A stretch of DNA of 64,000 nucleotides from Rubrivivax sp. GTDB taxonomy: Bacteria > Pseudomonadota > Gammaproteobacteria > Burkholderiales > Burkholderiaceae_C. Below are positions 8,501 to 20,500 of this stretch, piece by piece. The stretch is from the NCBI GenBank assembly GCA_018780805.1, contig JADMJD010000079.1:10167-74166 (forward strand), written 5' to 3'. The notes under the pieces were generated by a model. It was not told the DNA's origin, did no database searches, and saw only the letters and a list, made by a program, of their open reading frames with translations. The translations under genes and the position numbers were made by a program. Positions within the stretch are counted from its first letter, which is position 1, and each line of letters opens with the position of its first letter.

Positions 8501-11500
8501 ATCAGGGCCTGGCCGCGCAGGTTCACACCGTCGCCGCCAGCATCGCCGATGTGGCCACCCGCCGTGACCGTGATCGTCGCGACCGCGGCATCCACCCCGC
8601 CCAGCGAGATGTCGCCGGTGGCCTGCAACTGAATGGCGCCGCCGCCACTGCGCAGGCTGCTGTCGGCGGCCATCGTCAAATCACCGGCCTGCACTTGCAG
8701 CACGATGCTGCCGCCGGCCGTGGCCACCACCGCATCAGCCGCCAGCGACAGGTCGCCGCTGGTGAGCACCAGAGACAGATCGCCACCGACGCTGAGGTCG
8801 CCCAGCACCAGGTCCCCGTCGCGCACGGCTTGCAGGCTGCCGCCCACGCTGCCGCTCAAGCCGCTGGCGGCCAGATCGAGTGCACCGCCGCCGCTGGCCA
8901 GCACATCACCCGCCACCTGCAGCGTCAGCGCGCCGCCGGCCTGCAGGCCGCCGAGCACGGCGTCGGTGAGCGCCTCTGCCGCCAGCGTGCCATCGGCCAA
9001 CACCACCGCCACGCTGATGGGACCGGCGCTGCCGATCAGCAGGTCACCCGCCGTCGTCAGGCTGACGGCGCCGCCGGCCGACACGGCCAGCACATCGGTG
9101 TCGAGCTGCACCGTGACCGCACCCCCGGCCTGCACACGCAGCTGCGTGGCCGTGACGGTGGACGACGACAGCACCGCGCCGCCGGCCACCAGGCTCAGCT
9201 CGCCGGCGGTGATGCCACCCACCGTCAGGTCGGTGCCAGCGGCCAGGCGCACATCGCCGCCGCCGCTGGCCAGCACGGCCGCGGCGTCCAGCGTGATGCT
9301 GCCGCCGGCGCGCAGGTCCAGCGTGTTGCCCTGGGTCAGCACGCGGCCGGTGGCGCTGACCAGCAGCGCGCCTTCGGCGACGATGCTGATGGCGCCGGTG
9401 CCGGCGTTCACCGTGGCGTTGATGTCGATGTCGCCCGGCACGGCCGGGGCGGCGCTGTTGGCGGCCAGCAGGATGTTGCCGCTGCCGGCGGCCACCACGT
9501 CGGCGTCCACGACGAAACGGCCTTCGTGTGTGTTGCCGTTGCTGATGACGATGGCACCGTCCACGCCCGAGGTCGCGCCCGAGACGCTGCCCACGGTGCC
9601 GACCACCAGGCCGTTGCCTTCGGCCAGGAAGATGCTGCCGGTGTCGCTGCTGGCGGCCAGCACGTTGACCGCGGTTTCGATGGCGGCCGTGCCGCTGCCA
9701 ATGCCACCTTCGGCCACCAGGCTCACCTGGCCGGCGGCGACGTGCACCACACCACCCGTGTCGGCGCCGACGATGGCACCGCCCGTGCTGACGCTGACGG
9801 TGCCGGTGCCGGCTGAGAACTGGCCGATCAGCACACCGCCCATGGCCTCGATGCGCTGCGCACCGCCGGCGCTGACCAGGCGCGCATCGGGCGCCATCAG
9901 CAGCTGGCCTCCGGCCACCACCTCCAGCAGCGATGCGGCATTTTTGGTCTGCGCGCGCTGGCCGGCGGCGAGCTGCACGTCACCGGTGGCGAGCAGGCGC
10001 AGGTCGCCGCTGTCGCTGACCACGTTGGCCTGCAGCAGGATGTGGGCGCCCGCGCCCAGCACCTGCAGTTGCACCCCGCCGTCGGTGGCGGCGCTGCTGG
10101 TGATGGACTGGTTGACGGTCAGGTCGCCAGTGCGCAGCGTCACGACAATCCGGCCACCGTCGGCCGCCAGGCCGCCGCCGACGAAGCTGAGTGCGTCTGT
10201 TTCATCCAGGAAGATGCCACCGATGCCGCTGTTGCCGCTGCTGTTGCTGGCGCCCACGGTCTGCAGCGTGGTGCGCAGCGCGGCCATGGCTTCGCCCACG
10301 CCCGTGGCCGCGGCCAGGCGGGCGGTGGGCGCGCGCAGGTTGGCCGCGTCGCCCGTCAGGCCGTCGCGCAAGGCCCCAGCAGTGCTGGTGAGCGCGAGGC
10401 TCTGGTCGGCGCTGACGATGGACAAGCGCATGTCGCCCACCGACTCCATCACCACCCGGCGTGCATCGGTGCTGGTGCTGCCGAGCGACGAGACCGTGGT
10501 GCCGTCGTCCATGACCAGGCTGCCACCGGCCGTGATGGTGACCAGGCCGCCCGCGGCCACGACATCGGCGCCGATATGCACATCGCCGCCCGTGGTGATG
10601 TTCAGCGCCCCGTTGCCGGCCAGCGTGATGCGGCCGGCGCCCGTGGTGCTCAGCGCGCCCGCCAGCTCGAGCGTGAGGCCACCGCTGGTGGTCTGCAGGG
10701 TCTGGGCCAGCAGCAGATCGGGGGCCTGTTCGGCCGCGCCGGCTGTGGCCAGCGTGATGCTGCCACTGCCGGCCGTCCACACACCGGAGCCAGCCGCATC
10801 GACCACCAGGCCACCGGCCGCAGCGCGCAGGTCGATGTTGCCGCTGCCCTGGGCCGAGAGCTGGGCCAGGCGCAGCACCGTCAGCGTGCCGTCGAGTGCC
10901 GCACTGCTGAAACGCAGCGTGTCGCGTGCGGCCAGCTGGCTGAAGAAAAAGTCGCCGTTGCCGCGGTTGACGGCGTCCAGCGTGCCAGCCTCCAGGCTCC
11001 CAAGCGACGCGCCTTCCAGCGTGTCCACCGTCAAGGCTGCGGTGCGGATGGCCTCGCCCAGCAGGCCATCGGCTGCGGCGTCGATCTGGCGCACGCTGCT
11101 GGTGGCCGACACCAGGTACACGGCATCGGCTTCGATCTGGTTGGCGATGGTGATCACGCTCACGGCGTCCAGCGTCAGCGTGGCGCCGGCGCCCAGGCGC
11201 AGCACGGCGGCGGCCTGGCTGTAGTCGGCCACGGCGATGGTGCTGCCGAACAGCGCCACGCTGTCGCGGAAGGTCAGGCTGTCCGCGTCCACCCGCGCGC
11301 CGACCGTGACGGCGCCGCTGCCCGCGAGCGCGTGGCCGTCGTTGCCCTGGTGGCCGATGACGATGCGGCTGAAGCCGTCGCCGAACGTGCGGATGTCGGC
11401 CATGTCGAGGTTCAGCACCCCGTTTGTGGCCACGCCGGCCGGCGACGCCACCGCGATGCCCTGCGACACCGTGGTGGAGCGCAGCGTGAGCAGGCCGCTG

Positions 11501-14500
11501 CCGGCCAGCTGCTGCTCGCTCATCGACAGGTCGATCTCATCGGCTTCCAGCAGGATGTCGCCCGCGCTGCCGTCCGCGGCCGTGCCCTGCAGGTTGACAC
11601 CGCCGCGCAGCAGGATCTGCGTGGCGCCGCGGATGATCAGGTCGCCGCCGTTCAGCAGCGTGATCGAGCCGTTGAAGGTGACGAGGCCGGTGGCGTCGAT
11701 GATCAGGTCGCCGTCGACCACGATGTCCTGGTCGAAGCTGACGTCACCCGCGCCCTGCACGCGCAGCAGCTGCAGCGCGTCGGAGCCTTCGTCGCCGCCA
11801 CCGATGCGGGACGCGACGCGGATGTTGCCGGCGCTGGCCAGCAGCGTCAGCGTGTCGCGGCCGGCCGAATCGCCACCCAGGTAATGGGTGTTGGCGCCGC
11901 CCAGCAGGATGTCGCCGCCCTGCGCGGTGATGACACGTTCGCCGTCCACGCGGATGGAGTCGAGCACCGTGACGTCACCGGCCGTGGCAGTGACATCGGC
12001 CACCACAGCCGTGGTGTCGCCAGAACCGAAGATGGTGAGCGACGGTGCCAGGAAATGTGCGCCGATCATCACGTGGCCGCCGTCGCCGTTGGTGAAGAAG
12101 ACCACGTCGTCGCGCATCGTGATCGCGCTGCCGTCGGCCGTCATCACCATCACCACCTGCGCGTTGCCGTTGGCACCGAAGACCAGCTGCGCAAAACCGT
12201 CGCGCAGGTTGGCCATGTCGGTGGCGTCCAGGTGCATCGCGCTGCCATCGGCCATCGAGAACACCCGCGCGCCGTTGCCGCCGCTCAGGCTGCCCAGCAC
12301 GATGCTGCCGTCGGCGGCGATGGTGCGGAAGCTCAGCGTGCCGCCGGCGCTGCGCATCGGCGCCAGGATGTCCACGTCGTCGGCGGCCACGCCCACGTCT
12401 TCACCGTCGGCGTCCACGGCGGCATCGATCACCTGCTTGCCGGCGAGGCTGATGACGTCGGTGCTGCCGGCACGAGAGCCGCTGCTGCCGCCGGTGCCCA
12501 GGCTCACGGCGCCTGCGGCGACCACCGCCACGGTGTCGCGTTCGCTGCTTACCGCGGCCACGCTGCCGGCGTTGACGAAGATCGCCAGCGGGCTGTAGCG
12601 GAAGCCCTCGACCGCCTCGCCGACCTGGTTCAGCGCGGTCAGCGTGAGCTGGCCGCCCACGGTCTCGACAAAGGCGCCGCCGGCACGTCGCAGGACAGTG
12701 CCGTTGCTGATGCCCTGGAAAACTTCTTCGTCAGGTGTCAGGTTGGCGGCCAACACCAGGCCGGAGTTGGCAAAAACCTCGAAGCGGCCTTTCGAGAGCG
12801 CCCACTCGAGCGACGCGGCAAAACCGTCCGCGCTGTCGAAGCCGCGCCATTGCGCAGCGGCCAGGTCGGTGAGGATGGAGCCTTGCACGGCGCGCAGCAG
12901 GATGGCACCGCCGATGTCGTCGCTGCTGTCGTTGGCGTTCACGCCATCGGCCAACACCAGGTCGCCGGCCTCGGCCGTGAGCGTGATGTTGCCGCCACCG
13001 CTGACCACATCCGCGCCGATGAACAAGCTGCCCTGGCCGGCGTACAGCACGATCGGCCCGCCGGTGGAGACGACACCGCTGCCACCGTCTTCAGCGCCCA
13101 GCACGGTGAGATCCCCACTGCGGGTGACGATCCGGACGGCGCTGGTCTGCGGCGTCGGGCCGTTGCTGTTCTGGCCCTCGGCGTTCTGGCGGATGGATTC
13201 GATGTCCAGACCATCCACTTCTTCGATGGAGATGTCGCCGCCGCCGCTGTTTTCCAGCCAGAGCGAACGCACCTGCACTTCGAGCGGGTTGCCGTCGTCG
13301 CCGATGCCGATGGTGCCCCCGATCCCGGCATCGGAGGTGATCACCAGCCGCGCCAGCGGCGCGACGATGTCGATGTCGCCTTCGCCCACGTCGACCACAC
13401 CGCCTGTGGTGATCACGACATCGGCGGTGGACGTGGTGCGCAGCTTGCCGAGCAGGATGGAATCGGTGGCCAGCAGCGTCAGCGTGCCGCCCGGGACGAT
13501 GCTGTCGTTGGGGTCGGGATCACTCACCCGCGCGTCCACATAGGTGGAGGCGTTCATCTGCAGGCCGCCGGCACCGGCGTTCAGCAACACGTTGCCGCCC
13601 AGCGTTGTGATGTCGGCCAGCTCGTTCATGAACAGGCCGTTGCCGGCGACCACGGTGACAGCGCCGCCCACCGTGGTGAGCGCCTGGCGCAGGTCGATCA
13701 GGCCGGCGGTGGACCGCAGGCTGATGGCCGCACCACCCAGGGTGGCCAGCGGTGCCTCGATCAGCAGATCGAGGCCGGCCGTGATGTCGATGGCCGCACC
13801 GGTTGACTCCAGCCGTGTGATGGTCAGGCCGGTGGCATCCACGATGGTGACGGCACCGCCAGCGCGGGCGTCCAGCGTCGTCGCGTCGATGTCGGCCTGG
13901 ACCGTGGTGCCGGCTTGCAGCACCAACTCACCGATCAGCGCCGTGCCGCTGAGGGTGATCGAGCCGGTGGCGATCAGCGTCATGCGGCCCACGCTGCCGG
14001 TCAGGCCCGACAGGTCGAGGTTGCCGTCGACGGTGATCGTCACGTTGCCGCCGTCCATCACCAGGCGGGTGATGTCCAAGTCCTCGCGCGCCAGGTTCTG
14101 TTCCAGCGCAAAGTCGCTGAACTGGCCGCTCGGGAGGTTGTCGCTGTCCAGCGTGACCTCGAGCACGCCGACGCGGGTCTGCAGGTTCAGGTCGTCGCCG
14201 GCTGCGACGTTGAGGCGCTGCGCCGTCACGGTGTCGCCCAGCGTCAGGCTGTTGCCCGCGCTCAGCGTGACGATGCCGGTGCTGCCGGTATTCAGTGCAT
14301 CCACGACCACCAGCGACTCGTCGGCACGCAGCGTGATGGTGTCGCCGGCGTGGGTCTGCAACAGCACCACCGACAGGCTGCCGCCCAACGCGCGGTAGGC
14401 CACGGTGCCCGGGTCGCGGTCCGGCAGGATCAGCACCGAGTCACCGTCCAGCGGCACCTCGGTGGCCAGGCCCGCGCTGCGCGAACCGGCGCCTACCGCA

Positions 14501-17500
14501 AACGGATCATTGTTGTTGACCGCCGTGAGCGTCAGCGTGCGTGCGTTGGCGTCGAACGCGGCGGTGACCTCGCCGGTGCCGGTGGCCAGATCGGCCATCT
14601 CCTGCAGCAGGCCGGCCCAGTCGACCGCGGCATCGACACCCAGTTCAATCTCGAAGGCGGTGGTCCCCACCGTCAACGTGAACAGGTCACCCGTGGCCAG
14701 GTCGCCCACGAAGGCGCTGAAGTCCAGCGTGCTGATCTGGCGGCTCAGGATGCCGGCGGGGGTGGGCGTGCTCGTCGAGACGCTGGCGCCGGCGGCCGTG
14801 CGGTCGATGGCGTCGAGCACCGACATGCCGCTGACGCTGAAGCCGGTGTTCTGCTGGTCGGCCGTGAGGCGGACGGCGCGGTCCGGCACGCCGGCAGCGG
14901 CGGTCACCGCGAGGCTGGTGTCGTCGTTGATCGCATCGATCAGGCCGTCGATCACCTCGTCCCAGCCGTCACCCTGCGCCACGGTGTAGGAGAAAACCGA
15001 GGCGTTGACGGTGACGCTGACCACATCGGCCACGCCCAGCGGCGCGTCCTTGAACTGGAACTGCGAAATCTGCGTGCTGTTGGTGCCGGGGTCCTGCACC
15101 CGCGCGGTGGTGCCGACACCGGAGGACTTGGTGATCGTCGCGGTGGCGGAGACGTTGAAGTCGACATCGTCGGCCACACCCGTCAGCACCAGGCGGCCAC
15201 TGCCGTCGACGGTGGCGTTGGCCGTGGGGTCGCTGGCCATCGCGTCGGCAAACAAGTTCGCGAGGCTGGCGTTGGTCGGGCCGTTGCCGGAATTGACGGT
15301 GTAGACCTGCCCTTCCAGGTTGATGCTGTAGCTGACGTTGGGCAGCGGGTTGGGCGAGAACGTCACGCGCCAGATGTCGGGCTGGTTGTTGTCGGCGTTC
15401 TGCACCTGGACGGGTGCATCCACGCTGTCGGTGGCGCTGATGGTGCCGATCGTGAAGCTGGTGTTGCCGACCTCGGCCTGCAGGCGCAACACACGCGGCG
15501 TGCTGTCCACCGTGATGCCGGTGCTGCCTGTGATGCTGGTGCTGTTGCCCACCCCGCCGGTGACCACGACCACATCGCCCTGGGCGTAGGCGTTGTAGGG
15601 GGCAGAGGCATCGACCAGGCCCGCCAGCGCCGTTGCGATCGAGGCCGCCGAGTCGCCGCCTTCGGCCGTCAGGAAGGCCTCGTACTGGAAGGTCGTGCCG
15701 GCGATGGTGATCGAGTAGACCGCGCCATTCGTGACCGTGACCGCACTCAGGTGGACCGTGCGCTCACCTGCCTGGAGGTCTTGGCCGGCTTCGATCTTCA
15801 GGCCCAGCACGGCCACCAGGGTGCGTGCATCGGCAACCGTGAATCCGCCCAGCGTCTCGCCAAAGCTGGCGGTGTAGGTGCTGCTGTTCACGACCACGCT
15901 GTAGGTCTTGCCGGCGTTGACCGGGATGTCGTCGGCCAGCGTCACCGTGCGCCGCTCGTCACGCACAAAACCGGCAGCAACCAACGGGGTGGCCCCATCG
16001 TTTTCCACGACATCGGCCGTGTCCAGCGGCGTGGTCACGAACTCGCGCACCTCGGCGGCCACCGTGAAGGCCTGGTTCGGCGTGGTGGCGGTGATCGTCA
16101 GGGCGTCATCGCTGCCCACCGAGACGGTGTAGGGGCCACCTGCGCTGATCTGGGCTTCGAGGCCGGCGAGCATGGCGTCGAACTCGAGCGCCGTGGCAAA
16201 GTCACCTGCCACGCTGATGGTCTGGCGGAAGGTCTGGCCCGCCAGCGTGACGCTGTACACCATGCCGTCGGTGGCCAGGCCACCGAACACCACGCGGCTG
16301 GACTGCGCGCGGTCGATGCCGGCCGTCGAGACGGCATCCACCTCGGCGGTCTGCACGCCCAGGCTGCCGTTGATGACACCTTCTTCGGTGATCTCCGTCT
16401 CGCCCGTGGTCAACGAGCCGCTGTAGCGCAGGTCCAGATCGGTGCCGGTGCCGCGGTCGCCAGCGCCGTCCAGGCGCTTCGTGACCGCGTTGCCGAGCAC
16501 CGTGAGGCTGTACGCATAGACGTCTGCCGCGCCCTGCTCTTCGGCGTTGTCGCCGCGGTCCAGCCACTCGACGATGTCCACTGTCGAGGCGTTGCCATCG
16601 TTGGCGTCCAGGTAGACCGTGGAGCCTGCCACCTTCTGCGCGCCATCGCTAGAGCCGGCTTCGATGCTGTCGATGGAAAGCAGGCCGTTGGCACGCACCG
16701 AGATGCCGTGGCCGCCGGTGAAGTTGACGATCTGGTCCACGTTCACCGAGCCGCCAGCCTCGACGCTGATGCTGCCGGTGCGCGCGCTGATCAGTTCCAC
16801 CGTCAGTTCGCCGGCTTCCTTGATCGTGATGTTGCCGGTGCCGGTGCTGACGGCCACCAGGGTGTTGATCAGCGTGTTGGCCTGGATGCTGCCCGTGGTC
16901 AGGATGTCCAGCCGGTCGGCGATGAACACCGACGCGGCGTCGGCGCTCAACGTGGTGGCGCGCACCACCAGCGCACCCGTTCCTTCGGGCACCGGCTGAC
17001 CGTCGGCCGGGGTCTGGGCGCTGACGATGCCACCGAAGAGCTTGAGCTCGCCCAGGATGTCGAGCCGCACGTTGCGTGCGGCGTCGAAGCCCGTCAGGCC
17101 ACCGACGAAACCGCGCAGTTCCAGGCTGGTGGCCACGTCCAGGCGGATGTTGCCGGACGCCCGCAGCTCGAAGCTGTCCACCGGCAGGCTGCCCAGGCGC
17201 AGCAGGATGTCGCCGGTGTCGGTGTTGGCGTTGGGGTTGTTCGCGCCGCCGGCCCATTCTTCGATCACGTCGTCGAAGTCACCGTCGCCGTTGTAGTCGA
17301 TCTGCTGGCCGCCTTCGATCAGCAGGTCCAGCTTGTCGCCGTCGTTGTTGAGGTCCAGGTCGAGGTCGATCTCGCTCAGCGTGTCCTGGGTGTCGCCATC
17401 GTTGTTGTAGTCGTTGGCGCCTTCGGTGGTCTCGTGCAGCACGGAGCTGAACTCGCCGTCGCCGTCGTAATCGCGGCCGGAGCGGGATGCGGCATCGCCA

Positions 17501-20500
17501 CGGGCCGTGATCACCAGCACGTCGATGTTGCTGCCGGCGCTGGTGCCGCCGAAGTAGCTGGCCTTGTGCAGGATCTGGGCGGGCGTGTTGTCGTCCAGGC
17601 CGGTGATCAGCACGCTCTCGCCGGCGATCAGCTCCAGGCGGCGGTTGGCGCTGATGCTGCCGGTGATGCTGAGCGTGCCGCCGGTCTCCAGGATCAGCGT
17701 GTCGGCCGCCAGCACCGTGGGCAACATGCGCGTGGTGTCGGCATCGATGCCGGTGCCAACACCGCTGCCGAAGACGAAGTAGTCCTGAGCCCGGTACTCC
17801 ATCCACTCGTCGGCTTCGAAGAACTGGTAGAGCTGCACCGTCTCGCCGGCCACGAAGGCCACGCCGCGGGTGTACTGCAGGGCGTCATCACCGTTGTCCA
17901 TGGCAAACGGCACGATCACGCTGGCGTCGGTGCTGGCCAGGCGGATGCTGTTGCCGCGTACCAGGCCTTCGATGAAGTTGTCATCGCTGGCTATGCTGCC
18001 CACACGCAAAGTGTTCACGGCCTGCAGCTCGACCCGCGTGGTGCCCGCCAGCGTGTTGGCACTCGTGGCCCGCAACACGTCCAGGCCCAGCTGGGATTCC
18101 AGTGCACCATCGGACTCGAAGAGCTGGATGTTGCCGCCAGACGTCTCGACCCACAGCGTGTTGGCAGCGATCTCCAGCCCGATCACACCCGTGTCAGCCT
18201 CGATCACCAGGCGGTCGGCCACGACGTCAACGCCGTCATCGAGCACACTTTCCAGCACCGAGCCGCCGGTGGAACGCAGCGTCACGTCACCGGCGGACGA
18301 CACCACCGTCGGCGCCGCGAAGCTGCCGTCCGGCAGCCGCACCTGCGGCGCTTCACCGGCGTTGTTGTAGAAAACACCGGCTGAGACGAACCGCACCAGC
18401 AGATCGCCCGCGGCCTCGACCTCGATCTCGGCGGTCGGCGTGCCGGCCGTTTCCTGGTCGCGGTTGGAGCTGACACGCACCGAACCCAGTTCGACCACGC
18501 CCTGGCCGGTGAGCCGGAAGCTGCCGTCGGCCACCACGGCGCTGCGCACCAGCAGGCGTGTGTCGGTCTGCTGGATGTTCACCTGTGCGAAGGCCACGGT
18601 CTGCAGCAGCAGCACCGAGACATCGCTGTTGATGTCGACGATGCCGATGTGGCCGGCGGTGCCGTCGTCATCCTGCCGCCCGCTGACCACGCTCAGCTCT
18701 TCGGCCTGGATCACGCCGCCCAGGCTGCTGCGCACCTCGCCTTCGGCCTTGATGAAAATGTCGCCGCGCTGCGCGTTGGTGAGCACCTGGCCCAGCAACA
18801 GATCGCTGCGGAAACCGCCCGCCTGGTAGACGCTGAGGAAGATGTCGTTGTTGTCGGTGCTGCCGTCGGCACGCAGCAAGGTGGCCGTGACGCTGCTGAA
18901 GCTCTTGATGCGGATGAAGCCATCGGCCACCCGCACCTGGTCCAGCGTCAGCTGGTAGTCGGCCGAGGTGGCAACCTGCCCCACAGGCACCACAACCTGG
19001 TTGACGAGGTCGATGTTGCCCGCGCCGCTCAGGCGGGCCCACTCAATGCGCTGCACCGCGGTGGCCAGCACGATGCCGGTCTCGGCCTGCGCGCGCAGCA
19101 CCGCGCCGCTGACCAGGCCGTTGATGGCCGGGTTGCCGAAGTCGTCGGTGACCACGTCGCCATCGGCATCGGTGAAGAAGGTCTGCAGGATCTGGCCGGA
19201 CTCGGCCGTCATGCTCACGGTGCCACTGGCGCTCAGCGCCGCGCCGTCCAGCCGGATGCTGCCGGCGTAGGGGCCGGCCATCAGCGTGAGGTCGCCGGCC
19301 AGCGCCGCCAAACGGGAGTCGCTGTCGATGTCGATGCCGCCGGCACCCCGGCCGTCGACGATGTTGTTGTTGGCGTCACGCGTGACGGCGCCGGCCTCGA
19401 TGGTGATGCTGGACGCGGTGATGGCGCCGCTGAGGCCGATCTCACCGTCGGCACGCAAGGTGACGCTGCCCAGCACGCCGCTGTCGGCCATGATCTGGCC
19501 ACCGACCAGCAGGTCGCCGTCGGTGGTGAGCAGGATGCTGGCGGCGCCCTGGGTGCCCACCTGCGTGCCGCCGAGCACGGTGGAATCGTCCACCCGCGTG
19601 ACGATGCCGGAGTGCAGCTCGATGCGGTTGCCCAGCAGCTCGGTGGCGCGGCGGGCTGCGCCGGGATCGTCACTCAACAACTCACCGCGCAGCGCCACCT
19701 CGCTGCCGGCGTTGACCTGCAGGAAATCGCTGGCCGAGATGCGGCCGCTCAACCGCACCGATGCACCGGCGTCGAGCAGGATGTTGCCGGCGTTCAGCGA
19801 CGCGTCGGAGCTGCTGTAATTGCGCGCACCGGCGTCGATCTCCTGCACCGTGGTGACCAGTTGCGACTGGATCACGATGTTGGGCACGTCCTGCCACACC
19901 GTGACCGACTGGTACTGCGTGACCATCACCTCCTGCACCGTGGTCTGGTAGACCGGCCGGTAGTCGACGATGTCCTGGCTCTGCGTCGTCAGCGTGTAGC
20001 TGAGCTGGATGCGCTGGTCGTAGACGTTGGCGTAGGTGGACGTCCAGGTGTAGCGGTAGTCATTGTAGGTTTCGTAGTGGTAGCCCCAGGCCTTGTACGA
20101 GCTGTAGTCGTCGTTGCGGACCACGTTGCCCGTGCCGTAGTAGGGGTCGCGGACACCACCGTAGTCGATGTGCTGGTAGCCATCGACGCGGTAGGTGGTG
20201 CTGTAGAACTGGATCGAGGAGTGTTCGTCGTTCGGGCCGCTGCCCACCCAACTCACGTTGCCGATCCAGGTGTTGCCGAAGCCACTGCCGACGCCGTGTT
20301 CCCACGCCGTGAAGATGGCGTTGCCGTTGTTCTGCACGGCACCGACGGCACCTGACACGCCGTTCCAGGACGGGGTGCGGGTGGTCGGGTTGCCACCCTC
20401 GAGCACCAGGCTTTGGGTGGTGCCCGTGACGGTGTCCAGCGCACCGAGGTAGTTGTTGGGCGCATAGATCGCGTGGGTCTGGCCAAAATTTTGGCCGCGC

